A stretch of 64,000 bases of DNA, taken from positions 96,001 to 160,000 of the forward strand of contig CAXXHG010000032.1 in the NCBI GenBank assembly GCA_963666315.2, written 5' to 3'. Source of the stretch: Candidatus Binatia bacterium (GTDB lineage: Bacteria; Desulfobacterota; Binatia; Bin18). Of the stretch, positions 1-9,614 are shown piece after piece. The notes beneath the pieces were generated by a model. The model saw nothing but the letters and a program-made list of their open reading frames with translations. It ran no database searches and had not been told where the DNA came from. Each line of letters begins with the position of its first letter. Position 1 is the first letter of the stretch. A program made the translations under genes and the position numbers.

Positions 1-168
1 GATCAGGACTTCAAATTTAGGCCGCGGGCCAAAACCGTCGCGCCGCAAGTCTGCTTGTGTAGTCTTGACGGCATCCAGCTCGTTTTCAAAGGTTGCCAAT
101 CCTTTGATGAATTCGAGGATAATGGGTACATCGTCAGGGCTTGCGAAGCGAATAGTGGTGGTAGACAT
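1..168 (-). CDS. GNAT N-acetyltransferase (diamine acetyltransferase-like), 5' part, runs off window start
   Basis: Manual translation from ATG at 168: MSTTTIRFASPDDVPIILEFIKGLATFENELDAVKTTQADLRRDGFGPRPKFEVLI, a typical SSAT-like GNAT N-terminus; open to position 1. Confidence 0.8.
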   Translation of the reverse strand, partial: MSTTTIRFASPDDVPIILEFIKGLATFENELDAVKTTQADLRRDGFGPRPKFEVLI

Positions 169-253
169 GGGTGTATGTGCACGATTGTTGTCGGGTTACT
201 AGACTAACCTAGCCTACTCCATAATATGCAACCGGTAGAGACAATTCCCCCAA

Positions 254-1639
254 TCACGGCTGGTCCTTCACCAAACGGAAATCACCTTTTGCGGCATTGC
301 GATACAAATTAATCTGTCCAATGTGGCGGGCGCGGCCTTCATCGTCTGTCACCCCCAGCCCTTCTTCTGGGGCGAGGCACAGGACGCCAATTTTTCCGAT
401 TTGCTGATTATGGTGCACTCGGTAAGCAGCCTCACCGGCGTCTGCCATGAGATACGTCTCTGACAAGAGCGGGTGGATGGCGCGTTTGCAGACTAACCGA
501 TTGGCTTCCCAGGCCTCTTTGTAGTTGGCAAAATGGGAGCCGATGATGCGCTTCTTGTTCATCCACAGATAGCGGTTGTCGTATTCGTGATTGTAGCCAC
601 TGGTGGACGCGCAGGTGACAATCTGTCCACCAGCCCGTGCAAGGAAAACGCTGGCAGCAAACGTCTCATGACCGGGATGTTCGTATACCACGTCCGGGTC
701 TTCGCCGCCGGTCAGGTCACGAATCTTTTTGCCAAGACGACGCAGCTCGCGTACGTTCTGTGAGCCGTCTTCATTCCAGAAATGATAGTCCTCGACACTG
801 CGGTCGATAACCCAGCGTGCGCCTATGGTTTTGCACAACTGGACTTTATCCTCTGACGAGACGACGCAGATGGGGAATGCGCCGGCGTTTAATACGTATT
901 GCAGGGCAAACCCGCCTAAGCCGCCAACAGCACCCCAGATCAGGACGATATCTCCCTGCTTAATATGGGTTCCATTTCTACTGACCAACATGCGATAGGA
1001 AGTTGAATTGACCAGCGGCATGGAAGCTGCTTCTTCCCAGGTGAGGTGGGATGGTTTGGGCATGAGCTGGTTGGCCCGAACCACGGCGATCTCGGACAGC
1101 CCTCCAAAATTGGTTTCAAAACCCCAAATACGTTGATCCGGATCGAGCATAGAATCATCGTGGCCGTCCGGCGCCTGCATGTCCACGTAGTTGCAGTGTA
1201 TGGTGACTTCGTCGCCCGGCTTAAAGAGATTGACCCCCGGTCCAACTTTCAGCACAACGCCGGAGGCGTCGCTGCCAATGATATGGTAGGGCAGGTTATG
1301 CCGGCTGTCCCAGGGGCTTTTCTTGGCCGCGCGCTCTAAGAACAGAAAAGTCGGCAGCGGCTCAAAGATTGTGCTCCAGACCGTATTGAAATTGATGCTG
1401 GACGCCATGACTGCCACAAGCGCTTCATTGGGCTCGACCTCCGGCACCGGGACTTCATCCAGATGCAGGCTTTTGCGGGGATCTTTGTCCCAGGATTCGA
1501 GTCCCTCGAACATGGTCACTTCGTCTTTATGCGTGGTGACGGCCAACATCCATTCTGGTAGAGGCAGCCCTTCAAAGTCTTCTGTTATGGCCTGCTCGTC
1601 CATGATGGCTTCACGAATATTCTTCATCTCGATAGTCAT
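254..1639 (-). CDS. ccrA: Crotonyl-CoA carboxylase/reductase
   Basis: Motifs SSINFNTVW, HIIGSDASG, IWGFETNFG, CASTSGY, YLWMNKKRIIGSH; start moved to ATG 1639 behind a GAGGAG RBS. Confidence 0.92.
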   Translation of the reverse strand: MTIEMKNIREAIMDEQAITEDFEGLPLPEWMLAVTTHKDEVTMFEGLESWDKDPRKSLHLDEVPVPEVEPNEALVAVMASSINFNTVWSTIFEPLPTFLFLERAAKKSPWDSRHNLPYHIIGSDASGVVLKVGPGVNLFKPGDEVTIHCNYVDMQAPDGHDDSMLDPDQRIWGFETNFGGLSEIAVVRANQLMPKPSHLTWEEAASMPLVNSTSYRMLVSRNGTHIKQGDIVLIWGAVGGLGGFALQYVLNAGAFPICVVSSEDKVQLCKTIGARWVIDRSVEDYHFWNEDGSQNVRELRRLGKKIRDLTGGEDPDVVYEHPGHETFAASVFLARAGGQIVTCASTSGYNHEYDNRYLWMNKKRIIGSHFANYKEAWEANRLVCKRAIHPLLSETYLMADAGEAAYRVHHNQQIGKIGVLCLAPEEGLGVTDDEGRARHIGQINLYRNAAKGDFRLVKDQP

Positions 1640-1727
1640 GGATGTTTTCTCCTCGTATGGGGATGCTTTCTTCCTAACACACAACGCTACGATATGCCTA
1701 ATTTTGGTCAGTGCCCTTTTGAGAAAC

Positions 1728-1755
1728 AGAAAAGGGGCACGACTTTTCGTGGCCC
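1728..1755 (-). terminator. Possible intrinsic terminator after the FAD oxidase gene
   Basis: Minus strand GGGCCACGAAAAGTCGTGCCCC followed by a T run. Confidence 0.45.
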
Positions 1756-1793
1756 TGGGTCAAGCGCCGCTCCCAAGAGAGCCGATGCCCGGA

Positions 1794-3410
1794 CTATCGT
1801 TGCGGATCGATTAAAACGCCAGGGTTCAACAACCCCTGAGGGTCGAGCGTCGCCTTGGCTGCTCGGAGTGCACTGGCAAACAGATCCGGCCGTTGCTTTT
1901 CGTATTGTGGGCGATGCGTACGACCTACCGAATGGTGGTGGGTGATGGTACCGCCATAGCGTACCACGGCCTCTGAGGCTGCGGTTTTGATCTCATGCCA
2001 CTGCTCAAGCTCGCTGCCCTTCGTGCCCAGGCCGGTAAAGGTGAAGTAGGGCGCCGGCCCGTCAGGATAGACATGCGTAAAGCGGCACGACAGTAGGCCA
2101 CTACCACACACTTCATCCAGCGCCTTTTGCACATCGTGCATCACGCCGGCGTGGAATTCGTGAAACTTATTCCACGGAATCGCGCTCTCCGTCGTGTCAA
2201 ATATCGCTCCCATGGCGGCCATGGTCGAGAACGCGTAGGGCATGCGGATAAAGGCATTCCGCCAGTCGCCAACCGAACCGCCACGGCCGGTGGTTTCTCC
2301 GCCGCCTTTAATCACCACCCCATTCGGCGTCGTCCCACCGAGATCGGTACAGCACTCAAGGGCACGATTGATCCAGGCTTCGAGCGGGTGGTCGGCTGAC
2401 TCAAAGCCGAGCATGAGTAAACTACCGCCCGATCCATCACCAATTTTATTCCGCTTGACTTCTGTGGGATCGAGAATGCGACAATTGGTAGGATATAAAC
2501 CGGATTGGCTGAGCAGGCGAATCGCCTCAACCCCGTCTTCAAATTTCTCAAAATGTACGGCCGTGGAGGCACGATACACCGGACGCTGCTGCAGCCGCAT
2601 CCAGGCTTCAGTGATAATGCCGAGTATGCCCTCTGAACCAATAAACATACGATCCGGGCTCGGTCCGGCACCAGAGCCGGGCAAGCGCCGCGAGGCTACA
2701 ATTCCGCGTGGGGTCACGATCCGCAGGGATTCTACGAGTTCGTCTATATGGGTGTATAGCGTAGCGAAATGTCCGCCTGAACGGGTGGCGATCCAACCGC
2801 CCAAAGTCGAAAATTCAAACGATTGGGGATAGTGACGCAGCGTATAGCCATGTGGTTTGAGTTGGGCTTCCATGGCAGGCCCGAACACACCGGCCTGTAT
2901 GCGCGCTGCGCGTGAGGTTGCGTCAATCTCCAGCACTTGATCCAGACAGCGCAGGTCGATGGAGACACTGCCCGGGTAGGCGTCACTCGGCGGAGGCTCT
3001 ACACCGCTGGTGACACTCGACCCGCCGCCAAAGGGGATGGCTGCCGCGCCTACCTGGTTACACCAATCCAGGACCGAAACAACGTCGTCTTCGGTTTTAG
3101 GAAAAGCCACTACGTCGGGCGGATTCGAGAAATCCAAGTGAAACGCTTTAATAATATCGGGCAGGGCTTTCCCATACGTATGGGATGCACGATCATAGGT
3201 CTCGGTCGAGCAGATGCCGGCCAGAGACGCCGGCGGCGAGATCCTGGGCGCACGCAGCTCGATATCCTCAACCCGAGGTACCGGGTCAAGTTCAACCTCG
3301 CTTTTGCCCAGACTGTCGACTATCCCTTTGGCAATCGCTTTTTTTTGCTCTGGGGTCGGTTGTTCATCCTCAAAGCCCCAGCCCCAAATCGTAGTGCGGC
3401 GTTGTGACAT
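1794..3410 (-). CDS. FAD-binding oxidoreductase (alkyl-DHAP synthase / GlcD-like, VAO family)
   Basis: PFGGGSSVTSG, HYPQSFEFSTLGGWIATRSGG, GSEGILGII, ITHHHSVG, LNPG motifs. Confidence 0.88.
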   Translation of the reverse strand: MSQRRTTIWGWGFEDEQPTPEQKKAIAKGIVDSLGKSEVELDPVPRVEDIELRAPRISPPASLAGICSTETYDRASHTYGKALPDIIKAFHLDFSNPPDVVAFPKTEDDVVSVLDWCNQVGAAAIPFGGGSSVTSGVEPPPSDAYPGSVSIDLRCLDQVLEIDATSRAARIQAGVFGPAMEAQLKPHGYTLRHYPQSFEFSTLGGWIATRSGGHFATLYTHIDELVESLRIVTPRGIVASRRLPGSGAGPSPDRMFIGSEGILGIITEAWMRLQQRPVYRASTAVHFEKFEDGVEAIRLLSQSGLYPTNCRILDPTEVKRNKIGDGSGGSLLMLGFESADHPLEAWINRALECCTDLGGTTPNGVVIKGGGETTGRGGSVGDWRNAFIRMPYAFSTMAAMGAIFDTTESAIPWNKFHEFHAGVMHDVQKALDEVCGSGLLSCRFTHVYPDGPAPYFTFTGLGTKGSELEQWHEIKTAASEAVVRYGGTITHHHSVGRTHRPQYEKQRPDLFASALRAAKATLDPQGLLNPGVLIDPQR

Positions 3411-3452
3411 ACGTCCTCCTTCTCTCGCTAGTCCGCGCTAGCCTGACGGCGC

Positions 3453-5072
3453 TTAATACTTGCCAAACGGCGGCGCTTCAATTGTCGTCTGATATTCAAT
3501 GAGGTGCATCTCGCCAGAGGCCAGTGTCGTTTCCAAGGCTGATTTCAATGCCTGTGGCGATTGGACGCGTGTTGCCTTGACGCCAAACGCTCCGGCGAAC
3601 GCCATAAAATCAGGGTTGGTGAGTTGCTCTTGATAGGCGGCTTGATAGGCCGTGCGCTGGAGATAGCCGATAACGCCAAAGGCATTATCGTTGACCACAA
3701 TCAATGGAAAGCCGATATTATGCCGGACGCAGGTGGCTAATTCCTGAGACGTGTACAGAAAGCCGCCGTCGCCGATCATGCCCACTACCGGTGTGTCCGG
3801 ACAGGCGACCTTGGCTCCAATTGCTGCCGGAAAGCTAAATCCTAGCAGGCCCGAGCCCTTGGCTCCAATGAGCCCGTTAGCTTGATATGACGGGTAGAAA
3901 TACTCAGCCCAATACCCCAGCTGGGTATTATCAATGACCAGCGCACTCTCACGCGGCAGGACCTCGCGGATGACATTCAAGGCTTGGATCTCAGGCCGCT
4001 CTTGGCTGAGTCGCGCCATTTCCGCGTCCGCCTCACGCCGCCAGGCTGCCGTGCGTTCCTGACGTGGACCCGTGTACGGCTCTCCCTCAAGCTGACGGCG
4101 CAGCTCCTGGGTGATGGCGCCAATATCTCCGATGAGCGGAATGGCCGTTGGATAATTTTTGCCGATCCAACGCTCATCCCAATCGACATGAATAAGCTGT
4201 TCGGGCAATACCAACCCGCGCCGTTTGGCATCGACTTCTCGCAGCCGCGAGCCAACCACCAGCGCCGCATCACAGCCCGGCACAATGTCTTGAATGACCA
4301 AGCGTCGGGCCGCATTGCCGAACGAGAGCGGATGATCCTCTGGAACAACGCCTTTGCCCGGTGTGTTGGTAATGATCGGGGCGCACAACGCCTCGGCCAG
4401 CGCTTGCAGATCTGTGCTCAGGTCAGCCCGCGCCGCGTCCGTGCCGGCAATAAGGACAGGCTGCTTTGCTTTACGAAGAATGGCGACTGCCTCTTCAAGA
4501 CGTGACGGAAGCGGTGCAGGGGCCGGCGTATTGTCCGTCGCTGTTGTGGTCGCTGGAGGCACTTCTCCAGCCATGAGGTCAGTCGGCACTTCCAAACACA
4601 CGGGACCCGGTCGTCCGGACAGTGTGAGTGCAATGGCTCGTCTTGTGACGGTATAGAAATCATCGCCGGCTTGGGGAACGATAACGTCCTTGGTAATCGT
4701 CCGAAAGAGTGACGTTTGCTCTTCGAGTTCGTGCAGAGCTCCCAAGCCTTTGCCGATCTTAGCCGCATCAATGTTGGAGATGATCATGAGGACGGGTGAA
4801 CAGCTTCCCCAGGCTTCCTGAAGGGCGGAAATGGTAAAACCGGCTCCTGGGCCTGTTGAGGAAACAATAACGCCCAGCCCACCACTCGCCCGCGCATAGC
4901 CATCAGCCATATGGGTCGCGCCAGCCTCATGCCGACAGAGAATATGGCGAATCGACGGCTCGTGGCGGAGGGATTCGTACAGGCCAATGTTGTGAATGCT
5001 TGGAATGCCAAAGATGGTAGAGACCCGGGCGTCTTTGAGCGCCTGGACAATCCCGTCTGCTCCTCGGGGCAT
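3453..5072 (-). CDS. Thiamine pyrophosphate-dependent enzyme (acetolactate synthase-like family)
   Basis: FGIPS, RHE..A..MADGYAR, TGPG and GDGG...NDN TPP-binding motif. Confidence 0.88.
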   Translation of the reverse strand: MPRGADGIVQALKDARVSTIFGIPSIHNIGLYESLRHEPSIRHILCRHEAGATHMADGYARASGGLGVIVSSTGPGAGFTISALQEAWGSCSPVLMIISNIDAAKIGKGLGALHELEEQTSLFRTITKDVIVPQAGDDFYTVTRRAIALTLSGRPGPVCLEVPTDLMAGEVPPATTTATDNTPAPAPLPSRLEEAVAILRKAKQPVLIAGTDAARADLSTDLQALAEALCAPIITNTPGKGVVPEDHPLSFGNAARRLVIQDIVPGCDAALVVGSRLREVDAKRRGLVLPEQLIHVDWDERWIGKNYPTAIPLIGDIGAITQELRRQLEGEPYTGPRQERTAAWRREADAEMARLSQERPEIQALNVIREVLPRESALVIDNTQLGYWAEYFYPSYQANGLIGAKGSGLLGFSFPAAIGAKVACPDTPVVGMIGDGGFLYTSQELATCVRHNIGFPLIVVNDNAFGVIGYLQRTAYQAAYQEQLTNPDFMAFAGAFGVKATRVQSPQALKSALETTLASGEMHLIEYQTTIEAPPFGKY

Positions 5073-5207
5073 GCGTAACTCCTTGTTCCTAGCTTTCTGT
5101 TCTTTTTTAGATTGCTGAGATTGTTTGGATGGCTTGGACTGTAGAGGCGCAGTATTCTTTCTCCACCTCGCGTACAGTCGCAGGGGCTATTCGTGTACGC
5201 TGCAGTC

Positions 5208-6395
5208 CTATTTGACTACGCCTTTTTGTTCAAGCTGCTCGACCTCCTCATCACTCAGCCCCATTTCCTGCAAAACCTCCCAGGTATGCTGGCCCAGGGT
5301 AGGTGGGGCCAGGCGCACGGCGCCGGGCGTTTTCTTGAGCTTGGCCGGAATGCCGCCGACTCTGATTTTGCCCACGCGGGCGTGCTCGACTTCGACTGCC
5401 ATTTGATTGTGTTGGACTTGTGGGTCGGCAAACGTCTCGTGCAATGTGTTGACAGGCGCAGCCATAACATCGGCCTCAGTTAAACAGCGCATCATTTCAG
5501 CGGTATCTTTTTTAGCAAACTCAGCTTGAATGATGTCGTTGAGTTCCGGCTCATGTTCCAGGCGGCCGTCTATAGTTTCAAAGCGTGGGTCGGTGGTCAG
5601 ATCTTCGCGTTTAACAGCCCGGCAAATGTTATGGAAAAACTTATTATTAAAGGAGGCAAGCTGAATGTCTCGGCCATCTTTGCAGGTGAACGTGCCGTAA
5701 GTGGCATAAAACGGGCTGGCGTTTCCCACCCGCGGTTGGATGTAATTACACAAGAAGAACTGTCCAACTTGAGCGGGTTGGACGTGGATGAGCCCGTCCA
5801 TCAGACACAGCTCAATCTGCTGACCTATCCCCTGCTGCTCGCGCGTCCATAAGCCAACCATGGCGGCAAAGGCGACAAGATTGGCACAGGTCGCGTCAGC
5901 GATCGCTGGACCGGCTTTGAGGGGCTTGCCGTCACGCTCCCCGGTCACACTCATAAAGCCGGTTAACGCCTGGGCCAACGGATCGATACCGGGTCGCCCA
6001 GCATACGGCCCGTCTTGGCCAAATGCGCTGACAGAAATATAAATAATTTGAGGATTATACTTGCAGGTCTCTTCGTAGCCGATCCCGAGTTTGGCTTTGG
6101 CCTGGGGACGGAGATTCTCGATAATGATGTCGGCAGTCCGGACAAGGCGAAAATACAGATCCTTGCCCTCTGGTTTCGTCAGATCGAGCACCATGCCTCG
6201 TTTATTGCGATTAATGCCGACATATAGGCCGCTGTCGTTTTCGACCTTGGGGCCGGTGGTGCGTGACTCGTCGCCATACGGTGGTTCGATTTTAATCACG
6301 TCAGCGCCCATGTCTCCGAGCATGGTTGCGCCATACGGGCCGGCCAACATGCTGGCGATATCAAGCACGCGAATGCCCCCAAGCGGTAATGCCAT
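5208..6395 (-). CDS. Family III CoA-transferase (CaiB/BaiF)
   Basis: LAGP...LGDMGADVIKIEPP, NRNKRG, ENLRP, PTLGQHT motifs. Confidence 0.92.
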   Translation of the reverse strand: MALPLGGIRVLDIASMLAGPYGATMLGDMGADVIKIEPPYGDESRTTGPKVENDSGLYVGINRNKRGMVLDLTKPEGKDLYFRLVRTADIIIENLRPQAKAKLGIGYEETCKYNPQIIYISVSAFGQDGPYAGRPGIDPLAQALTGFMSVTGERDGKPLKAGPAIADATCANLVAFAAMVGLWTREQQGIGQQIELCLMDGLIHVQPAQVGQFFLCNYIQPRVGNASPFYATYGTFTCKDGRDIQLASFNNKFFHNICRAVKREDLTTDPRFETIDGRLEHEPELNDIIQAEFAKKDTAEMMRCLTEADVMAAPVNTLHETFADPQVQHNQMAVEVEHARVGKIRVGGIPAKLKKTPGAVRLAPPTLGQHTWEVLQEMGLSDEEVEQLEQKGVVK

Positions 6396-6553
6396 GTCCG
6401 TCTTCCTCCTGTTCGGCAGACGCTAGCATACCCCAGATTGAATGCCAAAGGCGTGAATGCCAACGGCAGCGGCGTTATCTGTGCGGGGGTATGCTGGGTG
6501 AGATTTTTTTGGTATGCCCCGAACATCACCGCTCATATAAGGAGGAGAATGAT

Positions 6554-6847
6554 ATGCCGTTGTACATGGACGAAATCTGGTGGGATCCGACGCAAGCCAA
6601 ACAGGTCCACGCGATGTTTCAGGGTGTGCTGAGTGGCGAAACCGGCTTTCCTGAAGGCGTCACCTTGAAAGCTGGTCCGTGGGCCTCAAACGAAGAGGCC
6701 AAAATGGTTTTGATCCTGGATATTCAGGATCATGCCAAGACCTTTAACACCTTCTCGACTTTGGTTGCGAAAGGCACGATTGTAAAACGCCGCCTCACGC
6801 CCATTGTCGAGTGGGCTGAAATGGATGGCGTGGTGAAAAATTTGTAA
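6554..6847 (+). CDS. Small hypothetical protein (DUF3303-like dimeric alpha/beta barrel, tentative)
   Basis: Strong RBS AAGGAGGAG before ATG 6554; 97 aa MPLYMDEIWWDP...PEGVTLKAGPW. Confidence 0.65.
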   Translation: MPLYMDEIWWDPTQAKQVHAMFQGVLSGETGFPEGVTLKAGPWASNEEAKMVLILDIQDHAKTFNTFSTLVAKGTIVKRRLTPIVEWAEMDGVVKNL

Positions 6848-6976
6848 GAGAGTTTTCATCTCAACAAGTAAGATCCGGAGACGCAGGGACTCGGATTTCC
6901 CTACTCTCCGGGCCAGTAGGATCGAGACCCGTCCGAGACATTTTCGTCTCGCCCAGCTAGCTCAGGTTGCTTGTTT

Positions 6977-7543
6977 ATGACGCAGCCCAGCCACCCGCTT
7001 TCCATCACTGTCTACTGCGCATCGAGCCAACGTTCACCTCAGACGTATCTGGATGTTGCTGCCGAGCTGGGTCAACTGATGGCCCTGCGGGGTCATACCT
7101 TAGTCTATGGCGGTGGAAACATTGGCCTGATGGGTGCGCTTGCCCAAGCGGCCTTGGCCGAGGGCGGCAAAGTGACCGGCGTCATCCTGACTGAGTTCCT
7201 CGACAAAGGCTACGGACAAGACGGTCTCGATATGTACGCGGTCGATGATATGCGCAGTCGTAAGCAAGGGCTGGATGAACGCGGCGATGCCTATATTACG
7301 CTGCCCGGCGGGTTTGGAACGTTCGAGGAAGTGCTCGAAGTCCTTTCATTGAAACAGCTCGGCTTTCACTCCAAGCCTATCGTCTTTGTCAATACCAACA
7401 GTTACTTCGACGGCCTGCTGCAACAGTTCGAACGGGGGTTTGACGAAGCGCTGATACACGAAAAGTTTCGTAACCTGTACACGGCCGTTGCTACGCCCCG
7501 GAGTGCCCTCGACTTCATTGAACAGGCGCTGACAGCCAGCTGA
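6977..7543 (+). CDS. LOG family (TIGR00730) nucleotide phosphoribohydrolase
   Basis: VYCASS, LVYGGGNIGLMG, RK, LPGGFGTFEE motifs. Confidence 0.92.
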   Translation: MTQPSHPLSITVYCASSQRSPQTYLDVAAELGQLMALRGHTLVYGGGNIGLMGALAQAALAEGGKVTGVILTEFLDKGYGQDGLDMYAVDDMRSRKQGLDERGDAYITLPGGFGTFEEVLEVLSLKQLGFHSKPIVFVNTNSYFDGLLQQFERGFDEALIHEKFRNLYTAVATPRSALDFIEQALTAS

Positions 7544-7824
7544 TCTTTTGTCTGCTGAGTACAGTGCCCGAGGCTTAAAATACGGTAAGCCGCTCTATGC
7601 CCGACTCGGAGGTGCCAGATCTGGGCGTGAGGCTGACGCGCTAATAGATGCTCGGTTGCAGTGTAGTCGTCGTTGTCCATCTCGTAGAGACCGGTTTCAA
7701 TATCCACGGCGACGAATTTTCCCTCATCGCTGGTCTCGACATGAGGACAGATATCTCTGTCGTAGATCTCTTGTCCGCGCCGAGCGAACTCTTCTTTGCT
7801 ATAACGTGGCTCTAACCTTGTCAT
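7402..7824 (-). CDS. Small conserved hypothetical protein (DUF5678-like); 3' end probably lost, reads into the convergent LOG gene
   Basis: EEFARRGQEIY...EGKFVAVDIETG...QIWHLRVG pattern; the last ~50 codons overlap LOG antisense. Confidence 0.55.
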   Translation of the reverse strand: MTRLEPRYSKEEFARRGQEIYDRDICPHVETSDEGKFVAVDIETGLYEMDNDDYTATEHLLARQPHAQIWHLRVGHRAAYRILSLGHCTQQTKDQLAVSACSMKSRALRGVATAVYRLRNFSCISASSNPRSNCCSRPSK

Positions 7825-7927
7825 GACTTATATTCTGACGATCTCATGGAAATTGCAGGAGGAGTGATGCGAAAAGGAAATCCGCTGCAGAGCCCTTCGT
7901 TCTTTCCGGCCTTATATCGTACGTCTG

Positions 7928-8368
7928 TTAGGCAGCAGCTTGGAGACCAATGACCAGACGCTGTCCAACTGCTGAGAGAGCAGCTTCGATGCGTGGTAGT
8001 TTTGACGGATGCCTTGGATCAAGCAGTCTACGCACTTCTTTTTCATCACACCCGAGACGCTTTGCCAGTTCCGTCTTTGTGATCCCTGCATCCTTGATTG
8101 CGATCGACAATGCCGCCTTCGCTGCAGTTTGGGCAGGAACTATGACAGCGTGTTGCCCTCTTTTCATGCGAGAGGGAGCAGGAATATGAAGGTCCATAGC
8201 AATCCGGTTCGCAACAGCTTCTTCTAGACAATCTGCTGCTTCCCGGAGCGCATCTTCTTTATCTTGGCCTTGTGTGATTGCTTCGGGTAGATCGACGAAC
8301 CGCACGATAAACCCACCATCATCTTTATCTGGCCTCAGGATGGCCGAGTAGCCAAAGTTTTGCATCAC
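7928..8368 (-). CDS. hicB: HicB family antitoxin (orphan)
   Basis: GGFIVRFVDLPEAITQG..EDALREAADCL N-domain plus C-terminal HTH (TELAKRLG...VRRLLDP). Confidence 0.85.
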   Translation of the reverse strand: MMQNFGYSAILRPDKDDGGFIVRFVDLPEAITQGQDKEDALREAADCLEEAVANRIAMDLHIPAPSRMKRGQHAVIVPAQTAAKAALSIAIKDAGITKTELAKRLGCDEKEVRRLLDPRHPSKLPRIEAALSAVGQRLVIGLQAAA

Positions 8369-8384
8369 AGATCCCTATAAATCT

Positions 8385-8745
8385 TCAAAATGAAGTGCCC
8401 ATGACAATAACGCGGTGGCTCCGAGCCAGCCCATGCTGCCGATAAAAGGCTTCGGCTGGACCATCCGCATCAGTCAGCAAGTAGAGATTCCGCACTCCCT
8501 CAGAGCGCAAATCTTGGACTAACACGGAAAGAATCTTTCCGCCCAAACCTGTCCGCTGCTGTTCGGGATCAACACACATTTCCTGCAGCAGAAATTCCTC
8601 ACCATTCTCTACGCTTTCAATATGGCCAGCAGCAAAGGCCCGAACGCTCTCTCCTTCAAGGCCAACAATACCTCGGAACCGAGGTGTATGGAAAATGTCG
8701 GAGAGCCGACGTTCAGCGGTGTCTGCCGTCCAGTGCTCGTTCCAC
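8385..8745 (-). pseudogene. GNAT acetyltransferase lacking its N-terminus
   Basis: WNEHWT..TAERRL, EMCVDPEQQRTGLG, AEAFY; 5' end fused directly to the ATPase fragment. Confidence 0.65.
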
Positions 8746-9090
8746 ATACGGTTGCATCGCCGTGTCATACTCACACTTAGCGGGATTCGCCATGCAGCGC
8801 TTTATCTCTATGGGCTTTGGTACGCCTCGTAACTTCACCACGGCCCGGACGGTTGCTTCGTCGGCACTGCGTTTTATGTGGGGGCCATGCTTAATCAAAG
8901 TGATTGGGCCGGTCCCCTTTCCCGCCAAACGGGAGACCCTTCCCGTCAAGAGAAAATCAATAGCATCTACAACCGCGCTTTTTCCTGCCCCATTAGGCCC
9001 CCAGATAACCATGTTCTTGCCATCCGAGGCGAGGATTTCGTGGACAATTCCACGGACGTTGGAAATTTCGACTTCGAGCAGTTTCATCAC
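8746..9090 (-). pseudogene. N-terminal fragment of an SMC/RecF-like ABC ATPase
   Basis: MKLLEVEISNVRGI...IWGPNGAGKSAVVDAIDFLLTG (Walker A); truncated after ~115 aa. Confidence 0.75.
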
Positions 9091-9236
9091 CTTTTCGCTA
9101 CTGCTAACTTCAAGCCTTGAACGACTTGCGCCGCCTTCTTGAAGCCGCCCTTTTCTACCAATTGCCTAAGCGCTTCGGTAGTCTCTGTGTCGAACTCTTC
9201 GTGGCTTTGGATAATCGAAAACATCTCATCAAAGAA
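9087..9236 (-). pseudogene. Small helical ORF translationally coupled to the ATPase, 5' end probably truncated
   Basis: FFDEMFSIIQSHEEFDTETTEALRQLVEKGGFKKAAQVVQGLKLAVAKR*; its TGA overlaps the ATPase GTG/ATG. Confidence 0.45.
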
Positions 9237-9249
9237 TCGGCCCGTCAAC

Positions 9250-9609
9250 GTTCAGAGACTGGTGACTATTCTCGTTCAGATCGTTCTCGCGCTGAGCCTC
9301 GCATCTGCGGCTCACGCCCAGCCCACGTTTTCAGAAATATTCAGCCTCGACACGATTGGGCCGGGTAGCGTCAGTACGCTGACGTTCACCATCACCACCG
9401 GCAGTGGGACTCCCATAGAGAACCTGGCATTTAGCGACACTTTGCCAACAGGAGTGATTCTTGCCATTCCTGCCAATCCTCTGATGTGTCCGATCGGAAA
9501 TATCGCAGCTTCCGCTGGTGGCTCCACTAGCATGTTTATGGCTGAAGGCTGTGTATCCTGTGTCCTAAGCAGCAGCGGTGTTGGACTGAAGATGTACGAG
9601 AAAGAATAG
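9250..9609 (+). pseudogene. Fragment of a secreted DUF11/Ig-like repeat surface protein
   Basis: Signal-like LALSLASAAHAQP then FSLDTIGPGSVSTLTFTI...LAFSDTLPTGV; degenerates after ~90 aa. Confidence 0.55.
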
Positions 9610-9614
9610 AGGCA

